The position numbers and the translations under genes were made by a program. 64,000 nucleotides of DNA from positions 10,522 to 74,521 of the forward strand of contig DASXIR010000365.1 of assembly GCA_036497895.1 (NCBI GenBank), written 5' to 3'. Shown here one piece after another: positions 26,398-35,259 of the stretch. Each line of letters begins with the position of its first letter. The first letter of the stretch is position 1. The notes beneath the pieces were generated by a model. It made no database searches. It was not told the origin of the DNA and saw only the letters and a program-made list of their open reading frames with translations. The stretch comes from Vicinamibacterales bacterium. GTDB lineage: Bacteria; Acidobacteriota; Vicinamibacteria; Vicinamibacterales; CAVVIG01.

Positions 26398-27807
26398 ATG
26401 ACGATTCGAGCGACGGCCGCGATCGCGGCTCTGATGACGGCGACGGCCATGACGCCGGTCAACGCGAGCGCCCAGTCTGGCGCGACTGGCGCGCCTGCCG
26501 CGCCGACCTACAGCAAGGACGTCGCGCCGATCTTCTACAAGAACTGCACGAACTGCCATCGGCCTGGCGAGATTGCCCCGATGTCGCTCCTGACCTACAA
26601 GGACACGCGGCCGTGGGCGAAATCGATCGGCGCGCAGGTTGGCCGGGGAGCGATGCCGCCGTGGCACGCGGATCCCGCGCACGGGGAGTTTCTGAACGAC
26701 CGCCGTCTGTCCGACCACGACCAGGCGACGATTGTGGCGTGGGTCAACGCCGGTGCGCCCGAGGGCAATCCGGCCGACCTGCCGGCGGCGCCGGCGTACG
26801 CATCCGAATGGGAAATCGGGAAGCCGGACGCGATCGTCGGCATGGCCGATGATTACCCGATTCCGGCGCAGGGCACGATTCCGTATCAGTACTTCGAGAT
26901 TCCGACCACGTTTACAGAGGACAAATGGATTCAGGCGATGGAAGTGCGGGCCGGTAATCCGAGCGTCCTGCATCACGTCATTGTCTACGCGAGGGCGCCG
27001 ACGCCGGCGACGCCGTCCGCAGTTGCCGCGCCACCCGCCGGCGCCGCTCCCGCGCCGGCTGCGAGACCGGTGCCGCTGTTCGTCTTCAAAGAGGGGACCC
27101 AGATTCCGTCCGGCCAGACCGGCGGGCGGCCGTTGCCTGTGGATCAACGCGTCACGCCGGGTCCAAACGATCGACCGGCGCCGGCGCGGATGGGACCGAC
27201 GGTCGGCGGTTTCGCTCCAGGTCAGTTCCTCCGCGTCTACCAGGAGGGGACTGCGATGCGCTTACCGGCGGGCGCGACCCTCATCCTCCAGTCGCACTAC
27301 ACTTCGAACGGAACGCCGACCACGGATCGCACTCGAGTGGCGTTCAAGTTCGCCAGCAAGCCACCGCAAACCGAAGTCCGCTTTGCCTCGCTGGTCAACG
27401 GCAGCCTGCATATCCCCGCCGGAGCCGCCGACTACCGCGTTGACGCGGAGATGACGATCAGCCGTGACGTGACGCTCTGGAGCATCCTCCCACACACCCA
27501 CGTTCGCGGCGTTCGCTGGTCGTACGATGCCATCTATCCGGATGGCCGCACCGAAACGATCTTGTCGGTGCCGAAGTACGACTTCAACTGGCAGACCGAC
27601 TACGTGTTCAAGCAACCGTTGAAGCTGCCGAAGGGCACGATGATCCACGCGACAGCGTGGTACGACAACTCGAGCGCCAATAAGTCGAATCCAGACCCGA
27701 CCAAAGAAGTGTGGTGGGGCGATCAGACGTGGGAAGAGATGATGTTCAGCGGCCTCACGTTCAGTATCGATGCGACACCGCCATCCACCTCGGCGCCGAA
27801 GCAGTAA
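26398..27807 (+). CDS. Secreted heme-c (CxxCH) domain fused to a PHM/DBH-like copper monooxygenase-fold domain
   Basis: 469 aa with a signal peptide. It has CTNCH at aa 50-54 with downstream MPPW, then HHVIVY, QSHY, PHTHVRG, YDFNWQ and WEEMM, which resemble the Cu-ligand pattern of peptidylglycine monooxygenase-type folds. Confidence 0.7.
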   Translation: MTIRATAAIAALMTATAMTPVNASAQSGATGAPAAPTYSKDVAPIFYKNCTNCHRPGEIAPMSLLTYKDTRPWAKSIGAQVGRGAMPPWHADPAHGEFLNDRRLSDHDQATIVAWVNAGAPEGNPADLPAAPAYASEWEIGKPDAIVGMADDYPIPAQGTIPYQYFEIPTTFTEDKWIQAMEVRAGNPSVLHHVIVYARAPTPATPSAVAAPPAGAAPAPAARPVPLFVFKEGTQIPSGQTGGRPLPVDQRVTPGPNDRPAPARMGPTVGGFAPGQFLRVYQEGTAMRLPAGATLILQSHYTSNGTPTTDRTRVAFKFASKPPQTEVRFASLVNGSLHIPAGAADYRVDAEMTISRDVTLWSILPHTHVRGVRWSYDAIYPDGRTETILSVPKYDFNWQTDYVFKQPLKLPKGTMIHATAWYDNSSANKSNPDPTKEVWWGDQTWEEMMFSGLTFSIDATPPSTSAPKQ

Positions 27808-27811
27808 GCAG

Positions 27812-28597
27812 ATGACGAATCACTCTTCGATGGCGCGCCGTTGGTCGATCGCGGGCGGCGTTTTGGTTGCCGCCTTCCTGATAGTCGCGCCACGCGCCCA
27901 GGACGCGACGCCTCTCTGGGACACCGGCACGTTCTCGATCCTCGGCTTCGACCCTGCAACCGGCGAGATCGGCGGCGCGGTGCAGTCACGGGTGTTCTCT
28001 GTCGGCAACGGCGTGCTCTGGGCGGATGCGAACGCCGGTGTGGCGGCCACGCAGGCCATCATCGACGTCGGCTACGGACCGCAGATGCTCGAACTCCTGC
28101 GCAAGGGACTCGCTCCGGCGGCGATCGTGAAACAGATCTGGGATCAGGATCCCGATCCGTTGCCGGAGCGCTGGAGCAAGCAGGGACGCCAGTTCGCGGT
28201 CATGAATCTCAAGGGCGAGTACGCCGCGTTCACCGGTCCGAAGGCCGACGACTGGGCCGGACACAAGGGCGGCAAATACGTCACCGCGCAAGGTAATATC
28301 CTCGCTGGTCCGGCGGTCGTCTCGAACATGGTGGACGCCTTCGAGAAAACGCCCGGTCATCTGTCACTGCGGCTGGTCGCCGCACTGCAGGGCGGACAGG
28401 CCGGCGGCGGCGACAAGCGCGGTCAGCAGTCGGCCGCCCTCGTCATCGTCAAGAAAAACTGCGGCGTCTGGCTGCACAACGACACCGTCCTGCGGCTGCA
28501 GGTGGACGACCACCCTGAACCGATCACCGAACTGAAGCGCATCGTGGACAAATGGAACGAGCGCCGGCCGCGCAGCGTCACGCCCGGTTGCCAGTAG
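27812..28597 (+). CDS. DUF1028-like (Ntn-hydrolase-fold) secreted protein
   Basis: Trimmed to MTNHSSMARRWSIAGGVLVAAFLIV. It has TGTFSILGFDPATGEIGGAVQSRVFSVGNGV...ATQA and ..GGDKRGQQSAALVIV, as recalled for DUF1028. Confidence 0.7.
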   Translation: MTNHSSMARRWSIAGGVLVAAFLIVAPRAQDATPLWDTGTFSILGFDPATGEIGGAVQSRVFSVGNGVLWADANAGVAATQAIIDVGYGPQMLELLRKGLAPAAIVKQIWDQDPDPLPERWSKQGRQFAVMNLKGEYAAFTGPKADDWAGHKGGKYVTAQGNILAGPAVVSNMVDAFEKTPGHLSLRLVAALQGGQAGGGDKRGQQSAALVIVKKNCGVWLHNDTVLRLQVDDHPEPITELKRIVDKWNERRPRSVTPGCQ

Positions 28598-28610
28598 GCG
28601 GACCGCAGCA

Positions 28611-29666
28611 GTGACCGGCCCGCCCGACTCGCCGCCAGTCCAGAAGCGGCGGCCGAGATATCCCGGCAAGAACCCGCGGGGATTCCATCAGAAGTACAAA
28701 GAGCTGAATCCCGAGCGCTACGCGTCGGAGGTGGAGAAGATCCGCGCGTCCGGCAAGACGCCCGCCGGCACGCATATCCCGATCATGCTCGAGGAAGTGC
28801 TCGGGTGCCTTCAGCCGGCAGCCGGAGAACTCGCGATCGATTGCACGCTCGGCGGTGGCGGTCATGCGGAGGCAATTCTGAAACGCATCCAGCCGGGCGG
28901 ACGCCTGATTGGACTCGACGTCGATCCGGTCGAACTGCCACGCACCGAAGCGCGTCTGGCGGCCGCGGGTTTCGGTGCGGAAACGTTCGCTGGCCGCCAA
29001 GGCAATTTCGCGGGCCTGATCCAGGTCCTGTCGAGCGAGGGGCTGGTGGCCGCCGACATCGTCCTGGCTGATCTCGGCGTGTCCTCGATGCAGATCGACA
29101 ATCCGGATCGCGGTTTCAGCTATAAGGAACCCGGGCCGCTCGACATGCGCATGAATCCGTCGCACGGCGAGCCCGGATCGCAGTTGCTGGCTCGAGTAAC
29201 CGAGAGCAAGCTCGCCGCCCTCCTGAAGGAGAACGCCGACGAACCGCATGCGGATCGGATTGCATCGCTGCTGAAACAGAAGCCGCTCAATACGACGCAC
29301 GCGGTCGAGCGGATCGTGCGGACCGGTCTGTCGGCGGCGATGCCGCACCTGGCGAAGACCGATGTGAAGATGTCGGTCCGTCGCACCTTTCAGGCGCTCC
29401 GTATCGCCGTCAACGACGAGTTTTCCGCGCTCGACGCGCTGCTGCGGTCGTTGCCGCAGTGTCTGGCGCCGGGCGGGCGAGTCGCCATCCTGACGTTCCA
29501 CTCGGGCGAGGACCGCCGCGTCAAGAAAGCCTTCCAGGCGGGATTTCGAGGCGGCGTCTACTCGAACATCGCGGACGAGGTGATCCGCTCAAGCAAGGAA
29601 GAAACCTTCGCGAACCGGCGCGCGTCGGCAGCAAAACTGCGCTGGGCGGTTCGAAGCGCCTCCTGA
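28611..29666 (+). CDS. rsmH: 16S rRNA (cytosine1402-N4)-methyltransferase RsmH/MraW homolog with N-terminal extension
   Basis: It has HIPIMLEEVL, DCTLGGGGHAEAIL, DLGVSSMQID and LTFHSGEDRRVK. The basic leader of about 50 aa (KRRPRYPGKNPRGFHQKYKELNPERY) is not in textbook RsmH. The gene is not next to dcw genes here. Confidence 0.8.
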   Translation: MTGPPDSPPVQKRRPRYPGKNPRGFHQKYKELNPERYASEVEKIRASGKTPAGTHIPIMLEEVLGCLQPAAGELAIDCTLGGGGHAEAILKRIQPGGRLIGLDVDPVELPRTEARLAAAGFGAETFAGRQGNFAGLIQVLSSEGLVAADIVLADLGVSSMQIDNPDRGFSYKEPGPLDMRMNPSHGEPGSQLLARVTESKLAALLKENADEPHADRIASLLKQKPLNTTHAVERIVRTGLSAAMPHLAKTDVKMSVRRTFQALRIAVNDEFSALDALLRSLPQCLAPGGRVAILTFHSGEDRRVKKAFQAGFRGGVYSNIADEVIRSSKEETFANRRASAAKLRWAVRSAS

Positions 29667-29728
29667 GAGACGCCAATGTCTGAGACAGTGGCGGTCGTGT
29701 TGTGGCTGTTCATCTTGAACCTGGGGTC

Positions 29729-30979
29729 TCAGGCTCGTTCTTCCCACACCTGACACAGGTGCACGATCACTTCGACCGCCTTCTCCATGTCGCGGACCGA
29801 GACCCACTCGAGACGGGAGTGAAAGTTGTGTTCGCCGGCGAAGATGTTCGGCGTCGGCAGTCCCATGAACGACAGACGTGAACCGTCAGTGCCGCCACGA
29901 ATGAGCCGTGAATGGGGCTCGAGCCCGGCTCGCCTGATTGCCTCCTGTGCGTTGGCGGCAACCTCCGGGTGACGATCCAGTACTTCCTTCATGTTGCGGT
30001 ACGACTCCTCGATCATCACCTCGACTCGCGCGCCAGGGATACCGTGAACCACCTCGCGCGCGAGCGAATCGAGCATGGCCTCCTTCTCCTTCAATCCGGC
30101 GGTGACGAAGTCGCGAATCAACAGCCGGACTGAGGTGCGCTCGACGCTGGCGTTGACGACGTAGGGGTGAATGAACCCGTCGACGCCGTCGGTGGTTTCC
30201 GGCGACAGCCTGTCGTCAGGCAACCGGGCGATGAACGCCGCCGCCAGCTTGATCGCATTGACCATCCGGCCCTTCGCATAGCCGGGATGGGTATTGAAGC
30301 CGTGAAAGGTGACGGTCATCGCGTCGGCGGAGAAGCTTTCGGTTTCGACCTCGCCGAGCTCGCCACCGTCCATGGTGTAGGCGCAGACGGCGCCAAAGGC
30401 CGTGACATCGAAGTGATTGGCGCCGCGGCCGACCTCTTCGTCCGGGGTAAAGGCGATCCGGACCGTCCCGCGCGGAATTTCGGGATGGCGGATCAGGTAC
30501 GCCGCCGCGGTTACGATTTCGGCGACGCCGGCTTTGTTGTCGGCGCCGAGCAGAGTGGTCCCGGATGCTGTGACGATGTCCTGGCGCATCTGGGCTGCAA
30601 GGTGCGGGTTGTCGCTGAGGCGGAGGACAGCAGTCGGATCGTCCGGCAGAACGAGGTCGCGCCCGTCGTAGTTCGAGTGGACGATGGGCTTCACGTTCGC
30701 GCCCGGCATTTCCGGTGAGGTGTCCACGTGCGAGATAAATCCGATCGTCGGCACGCCGGACTTGGCGGTGGCTGCTGGAATCGTCGCGCTGAGGTAGCCG
30801 TTCGCGTCCAGCAGAACATCCGCGAGGCCAATGTCGCGAAGCTCGGACTCGAGGGCCCGCAACAGCAGCCACTGATTCTCGGTGCTGGGTTGCGTCGACG
30901 ACTGCTCGCGGGACTGGGTGTCGAAGCGCACGTAACGGAGGAAGCGATCCAGAACGGACGTCAATGGCTGATGGCTCAT
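29729..30979 (-). CDS. pepT: Peptidase T (tripeptide aminopeptidase, M20B)
   Basis: 416 aa. It has N-terminal LDRFLRYVRFDTQS and the motifs ISHVDTSPE and GADNKAG. Confidence 0.9.
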   Translation of the reverse strand: MSHQPLTSVLDRFLRYVRFDTQSREQSSTQPSTENQWLLLRALESELRDIGLADVLLDANGYLSATIPAATAKSGVPTIGFISHVDTSPEMPGANVKPIVHSNYDGRDLVLPDDPTAVLRLSDNPHLAAQMRQDIVTASGTTLLGADNKAGVAEIVTAAAYLIRHPEIPRGTVRIAFTPDEEVGRGANHFDVTAFGAVCAYTMDGGELGEVETESFSADAMTVTFHGFNTHPGYAKGRMVNAIKLAAAFIARLPDDRLSPETTDGVDGFIHPYVVNASVERTSVRLLIRDFVTAGLKEKEAMLDSLAREVVHGIPGARVEVMIEESYRNMKEVLDRHPEVAANAQEAIRRAGLEPHSRLIRGGTDGSRLSFMGLPTPNIFAGEHNFHSRLEWVSVRDMEKAVEVIVHLCQVWEERA

Positions 30980-31008
30980 GGCTGATGGTTATGGTCCATG
31001 GCTGATGG
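30964..31008. repeat. Three direct copies of an 11-mer (plus strand ATGGCTGATGG; minus strand CCATCAGCCAT) spanning the pepT start
   Basis: The copies lie at 30964-30974, 30978-30988 and 30998-31008, read directly from the sequence. Confidence 0.9.
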
Positions 31009-31013
31009 ACGCG

Positions 31014-32213
31014 TTAGGCGGATTCGATGAACGCCGCGTGAAGGAGACGGACGGCATCGTCCAGCTTCGAGCGATCGATCATCCACGTGATCCGGAACGA
31101 CGAGGTGGCGACGCCTTCGCTCGCGATGCCGCAGTCGGCGAAGGCTGCTGATCCCTTTCGCAGATTGCTGAACGTCGCATTGATGCCGGCGCCGACGACG
31201 CTGACAGCACCCAGCGACTCGCGGATTCGGACGGTGGTCCCGAATCGCGCTTCGAGGGCCGCACGGACCCGCTGTTCTTCGTGCAGGTTCTCGCGCGAGA
31301 CGACCAGCGTCAATCGATCATCGACGACATGGAGCTGTTTGCCCGCCACCTGGTGCTGGTCGAGCAGCGTCAGGATCTCGAGCGCCTGTCGATCCGCGTC
31401 GAGGACGATGACGTCGCGCTCGCTGGCGACGCCGACCACCGTGCCCGGCGGCCTCGGAGCGTCCCTGCGTACGACCGTGCCATCCGCGGCCGGATCGGCG
31501 CCAGGCAGCGGCGAGCTCGTCGCCCGTGCGTAGATGGCGATGCCCTTTTCCTTGGCAAACTCGACCGCCTGCGCGTTGAGCACGCGGGCGCCGGACTCGG
31601 CGAGTTCCTGTGTCTCCTCGTACGACATCGTGCCGATCCGGTGCGCCGCCGGCACGACTCGCGGGTCCGCGCTATAGACGCCGTCCACGTCCGAGCAGAT
31701 CTCGCAATACTCCGCGCCGAGCGCCGCCGCCATCGCCACGGCCGTGGTGTCACTGCCGCCGCGGCCGAGGGTGGTGACCTCGCGGCGATACGACACGCCC
31801 TGGTAGCCGGCGATCACCACGATCTTGCCGCGCGCCAGCTCGTCCTGGACCCGGAACGGCCGCACCTCCACGATCCGCGCGTCGACATGGCGGTCGTTGG
31901 TGATGATCCCCGACTGGCTGCCAGTGAAGCTGATGGCGTCGCCGCCCATCTCGCGGATCGCCATCGACAGGAGCGCCATCGAGATGCGCTCGCCGGCGGT
32001 CAGGAGCATGTCGAGCTCCCGGCGGTCCGGATTGGCGGAGACTTGTCTGGCCAAAGCGAGCAGCTCGTCGGTCGTGTCGCCCATGGCCGACACCACGACC
32101 ACGACGTCGTGGCCCTCGCGGCGCGTCCGCATCACCCGATCGGCGACCTGCTTGACGCGCTGCACGTCAGCGACGCTCGATCCGCCGTACTTCTGGACGA
32201 CGATGGACTTCAC
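31014..32213 (-). CDS. lysC: Aspartate kinase
   Basis: 399 aa. It has the N-terminus [27 protein letters not shown], the motif [18 protein letters not shown], and two C-terminal ACT-like repeats. Confidence 0.9.
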   Translation of the reverse strand: MKSIVVQKYGGSSVADVQRVKQVADRVMRTRREGHDVVVVVSAMGDTTDELLALARQVSANPDRRELDMLLTAGERISMALLSMAIREMGGDAISFTGSQSGIITNDRHVDARIVEVRPFRVQDELARGKIVVIAGYQGVSYRREVTTLGRGGSDTTAVAMAAALGAEYCEICSDVDGVYSADPRVVPAAHRIGTMSYEETQELAESGARVLNAQAVEFAKEKGIAIYARATSSPLPGADPAADGTVVRRDAPRPPGTVVGVASERDVIVLDADRQALEILTLLDQHQVAGKQLHVVDDRLTLVVSRENLHEEQRVRAALEARFGTTVRIRESLGAVSVVGAGINATFSNLRKGSAAFADCGIASEGVATSSFRITWMIDRSKLDDAVRLLHAAFIESA

Positions 32214-32228
32214 AAGAGCTGAGGTCTT

Positions 32229-32987
32229 TCAGGTAAAGGTTGCCATCACCGGTGCGTGATCGCTGGTGCCGACGTCCTTTTGGACCACGCAGGCGGTCGC
32301 GCGTGACGCCAGGGCCTCGCTGGCGAAGACGTAATCGAGCCGCCATCCGATATTCCGTTCACGCATGCTGCGCCACGGCGGCCACCATGAGAACAGGTTG
32401 TCGTTGTCCGGATCGATCGCGCGGCCGACGTCGACCAGGCCGCGATCCAGAATTCGTTCCATCAGCGCACGTTCTTCGGGCAGCTGTCCGATCGCGCGCG
32501 GCTTGCGTTCCTTCGGGTGCACGTCGCGCTCGGTCCGCGCGATGTTCATGTCGCCGCACAGCACGATGCTGCGTCCATCCGCCCGCGCCGCGGCGACGTA
32601 AGTATCCATGGCTTCGACGAACTGCATCTTGGCGGGGAAGTCCTTCCCGCCGTTCGGCACGTAAACCGACGAGACTGTCACCGGGCCAAACGCGGTCGCG
32701 AGGTCGACCGAAGCGATCCGGTATTCGAAATCGAACGTCGGATGAGTAAAGGCGGGAGGTTCCGGCGCGAACGACTTGGCGACGAGGAGGGCAACGCCCG
32801 AATATGCCTTGCCGCCGTGCCAGTAGCACCAGTACCCGTCCATCGTGTAGATAGTGATCGGGACCTGGTCCGGGACGGCTTTCAGTTCCTGGAGGCAGAC
32901 AACATCCGGACGGTCACGGTCGATCCATTCCTGGACCTGTGCGTGACGCGCCCGGATGCCGTTGACGTTCCAGGTCGCGAGCTTCAG
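32229..32987 (-). CDS. xth: Exodeoxyribonuclease III (start extended beyond the track ORF, probable CTG start)
   Basis: Track ORF 32229..32843 begins at MDGYWCYWHG. The same frame stays open upstream and encodes LKLATWNVNGIRARHAQVQEWIDRDRPDVVCLQELK, the conserved ExoIII N-terminus. No ATG/GTG/TTG is available in that stretch. A CTG at 32985-32987 lies 4 nt after the ferredoxin stop. Confidence 0.8.
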   Translation of the reverse strand: MKLATWNVNGIRARHAQVQEWIDRDRPDVVCLQELKAVPDQVPITIYTMDGYWCYWHGGKAYSGVALLVAKSFAPEPPAFTHPTFDFEYRIASVDLATAFGPVTVSSVYVPNGGKDFPAKMQFVEAMDTYVAAARADGRSIVLCGDMNIARTERDVHPKERKPRAIGQLPEERALMERILDRGLVDVGRAIDPDNDNLFSWWPPWRSMRERNIGWRLDYVFASEALASRATACVVQKDVGTSDHAPVMATFT

Positions 32988-32991
32988 AGGG

Positions 32992-33366
32992 CTAGAAGCG
33001 CGCGTGCGCGGCCTGCCGCTCGGCGGCCGGCACCGCCATGATGTCGGCGTGCGCGGCGACGTGGGCCTTGACGATCTCTTCAGCCTGCGCCATCAGCGCC
33101 GGATCGCCGAGCCGGTACACCGCGTTGGCCTCGATCAGGTCCTTCTGGTGCGACGGCGTCGCGTCGATACTCTCGTAAATCGCTGCGACGGGGCACGCCG
33201 GGACGCAGGCGCCGCAGTCGATGCATTCTTCCGGGTGGATGTAGAGCATTGTCGCTTCGGCGAACTCGGCTTCGTCCTTGCGCGGGTGGATGCAATCCAC
33301 TGGGCAGACGTCCACGCAGGCCGTGTCTTTCGTCTCGATGCACGGGTCAGTGATGATGAATGGCAT
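32992..33366 (-). CDS. Ferredoxin (7Fe/2x[4Fe-4S]-type, FdxA-like)
   Basis: Trimmed to MPFIITDPCIETKDTACVDVCPVDCIHP, with a second cluster motif CIDCGACVPACP. A GGAGA SD lies upstream. Confidence 0.85.
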   Translation of the reverse strand: MPFIITDPCIETKDTACVDVCPVDCIHPRKDEAEFAEATMLYIHPEECIDCGACVPACPVAAIYESIDATPSHQKDLIEANAVYRLGDPALMAQAEEIVKAHVAAHADIMAVPAAERQAAHARF

Positions 33367-33506
33367 GCTCGCGAATCTCCGGTAATGGGACCTGATTGGT
33401 CGGCCTTCGACGGCCTGAACCGACGGATTATACCGCGAGATCAGCGCAGGGCAATCCCGGAGATCCTGCAATATCCGAGCGCCCCGGTCGCGGGTGAGGA
33501 GGCGGA

Positions 33507-33998
33507 GTGATGACGGTACGAGTCACGGTGCTTGCGCTGATGTTGACGGCGCTGGCAGGCGCACAGGCGGTCGTTGACAAGCGGCTGACCAGCGAGGATG
33601 TGGCCAAGGTCGTCGGCATCACCGGCATCCGCAGCGTGGCGCGCGGCGCGCAGACCGGCGCCGGCGGCGACCTCAATTTCGCCCGGCCCGACGGCAAGCT
33701 GCTGCTGATGGTGAACTTCGGCGACGCCAGGCTGTACACCAAGGCGCGCCAGCAGAAGCAGACGACCGTCGGCGGCAAGGCCTACCCGATGGAGCTGTTC
33801 GCGCACCGCGTCACCGGCGTCGGCGAGGAGGCATTCGCGTCGCCGCCGGGCAGCGTGCAGTACGTGATCTACGCGCGGAAAGGCAACAACGCGATTTCGG
33901 TGACCTCGTTCTATTCGTCGGCGGGAGAGGCAATTCGACCGCTGCTGAACGAAGCGCAGCTGAAATCGATCGCGCAGACGATCTTCTCGCGGTGGTAA
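33507..33998 (+). CDS. Secreted hypothetical protein
   Basis: 163 aa with signal peptide MMTVRVTVLALMLTALAGAQA and a GAGGAGG SD upstream. I recognise no family. Confidence 0.5.
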   Translation: MMTVRVTVLALMLTALAGAQAVVDKRLTSEDVAKVVGITGIRSVARGAQTGAGGDLNFARPDGKLLLMVNFGDARLYTKARQQKQTTVGGKAYPMELFAHRVTGVGEEAFASPPGSVQYVIYARKGNNAISVTSFYSSAGEAIRPLLNEAQLKSIAQTIFSRW

Positions 33999-34005
33999 GA
34001 ATGCG

Positions 34006-34479
34006 CTACGGCTCGAGCCGGTTGAACATCATCGGGCTCGGCGTGACGGCATAGCCCATGGCTTCGTAGAGAGGCTGGCCCTCGCGGCTCGCATTCAGCG
34101 CCAGCGACAGGATGCCGGATTCGCGGCACCACGCGTGGATGACATCCATCACCTGCCGCGCCAGCCCGCGACGCCGATGAGCCGGTTCGGTATAGACGTT
34201 GTACACGAACGCCAGCCGGTTGCCTGGATAACGCGGGCCCGGCGGCCAGGGGACGATCGTGATGCCGCCGCCGGCCACCACCGTCCCGCCAGCAGTCTCC
34301 ACCAGCCACGCGCGATACGATCCCGCCGCCATCGTCTCCGCCAGCCACGCGCGAAAGTTCGAATCGAGCGCCTCGGCATCGAGCGGCACGCCCATGTCTG
34401 AGAACATCGCGATGCGATGGCGCGCGAGCATCGCAGCATCCGCGAGAGTCGCCGTCCTGACCCGATAGTCGTCGATCAC
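34006..34479 (-). CDS. GNAT-family N-acetyltransferase
   Basis: 157 aa with the acetyl-CoA motif VYTEPAHRRRGLARQVMDVIHAWCRESG. Confidence 0.8.
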   Translation of the reverse strand: MIDDYRVRTATLADAAMLARHRIAMFSDMGVPLDAEALDSNFRAWLAETMAAGSYRAWLVETAGGTVVAGGGITIVPWPPGPRYPGNRLAFVYNVYTEPAHRRRGLARQVMDVIHAWCRESGILSLALNASREGQPLYEAMGYAVTPSPMMFNRLEP

Positions 34480-34501
34480 GATCGGGAATTATACTCAGGC
34501 T

Positions 34502-35236
34502 ATGGCGAACCCGACTGAGGCGCGGCGAGGACCCGAACCACCTGACTTGAGCGAAAAAGGCGGCATGAAGAACGGAGAGCCGCAGCGTTCCGACACGCGG
34601 CTGTTCATGCAGTTCATGGCGTTCGCGGGATGTACCGACGCGACGGCGGTCGTGGACACGCTGGCGCGCGCAAAAATCTCCGGCGTGCTGTACGACGATG
34701 TCAACGATCCGCGCGGCATCGGCTTGCTGACGTTCAGCGAAGACCCGGATTACTTCGTGGATCGCGTGCGCGCCCTGTTCGACGAGGCGCCATTCGCAGC
34801 GCTGGTGCAGAAGCCCGAGTTCACGCTGCTCGGGCGGACTTACGCCATCGGTTACGAGCCTGACCTGCCGGAGGTGTTGCTGCACCGGCCGCGTCGCACC
34901 GTCTTGAACCCGTTATGGAAGTGGGGCGTGTGGTATCCGCTGCGCCGCAGCGGCAAGTTTGCCCAGCTACCGCCGGACGAGCAGCGCGTGATCCTCGCCG
35001 AGCACGGCGCGATCGGGATGTCGTTCGGCGCTGGCGACTTTGCGCACGACATCCGACTCGCGTGTCATGGCCTCGACAAAGCGGACAACGACTTCATCGT
35101 CGGCCTGGTGGGGAAGGACCTGTTTCCGTTGTCAGCGGTCGTGCAGTCGATGCGCAAGACGCAGCAGACCGCGCTGTACCTTGAACACCTCGGCCCGTTT
35201 TTCGTCGGCCGGGTCCGCTGGCAGAGCGCCGAGTAG
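34502..35236 (+). CDS. Chlorite-dismutase-family (Cld/HemQ-like) protein
   Basis: It has ..WGVWYPLRRSGKFAQLPPDEQRVILAEHGAIGMSFG...HDIRLACHGLDKADNDFIVGLVG..LSAVVQSMRKTQQT. An alternative start at Met22 (34565) is plausible. Confidence 0.7.
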   Translation: MANPTEARRGPEPPDLSEKGGMKNGEPQRSDTRLFMQFMAFAGCTDATAVVDTLARAKISGVLYDDVNDPRGIGLLTFSEDPDYFVDRVRALFDEAPFAALVQKPEFTLLGRTYAIGYEPDLPEVLLHRPRRTVLNPLWKWGVWYPLRRSGKFAQLPPDEQRVILAEHGAIGMSFGAGDFAHDIRLACHGLDKADNDFIVGLVGKDLFPLSAVVQSMRKTQQTALYLEHLGPFFVGRVRWQSAE

Positions 35237-35259
35237 AGGTCAATTCCGCTCGACGATCG

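Noticed and set aside
28611-29666. The RsmH homolog outside a dcw cluster, with a basic N-terminal extension, considered as a novelty.
   Set aside because: As I recall, the same extended form occurs in other phyla (for example Planctomycetes-type RsmH), and the catalytic motifs are intact. I treat it as a normal lineage variant.
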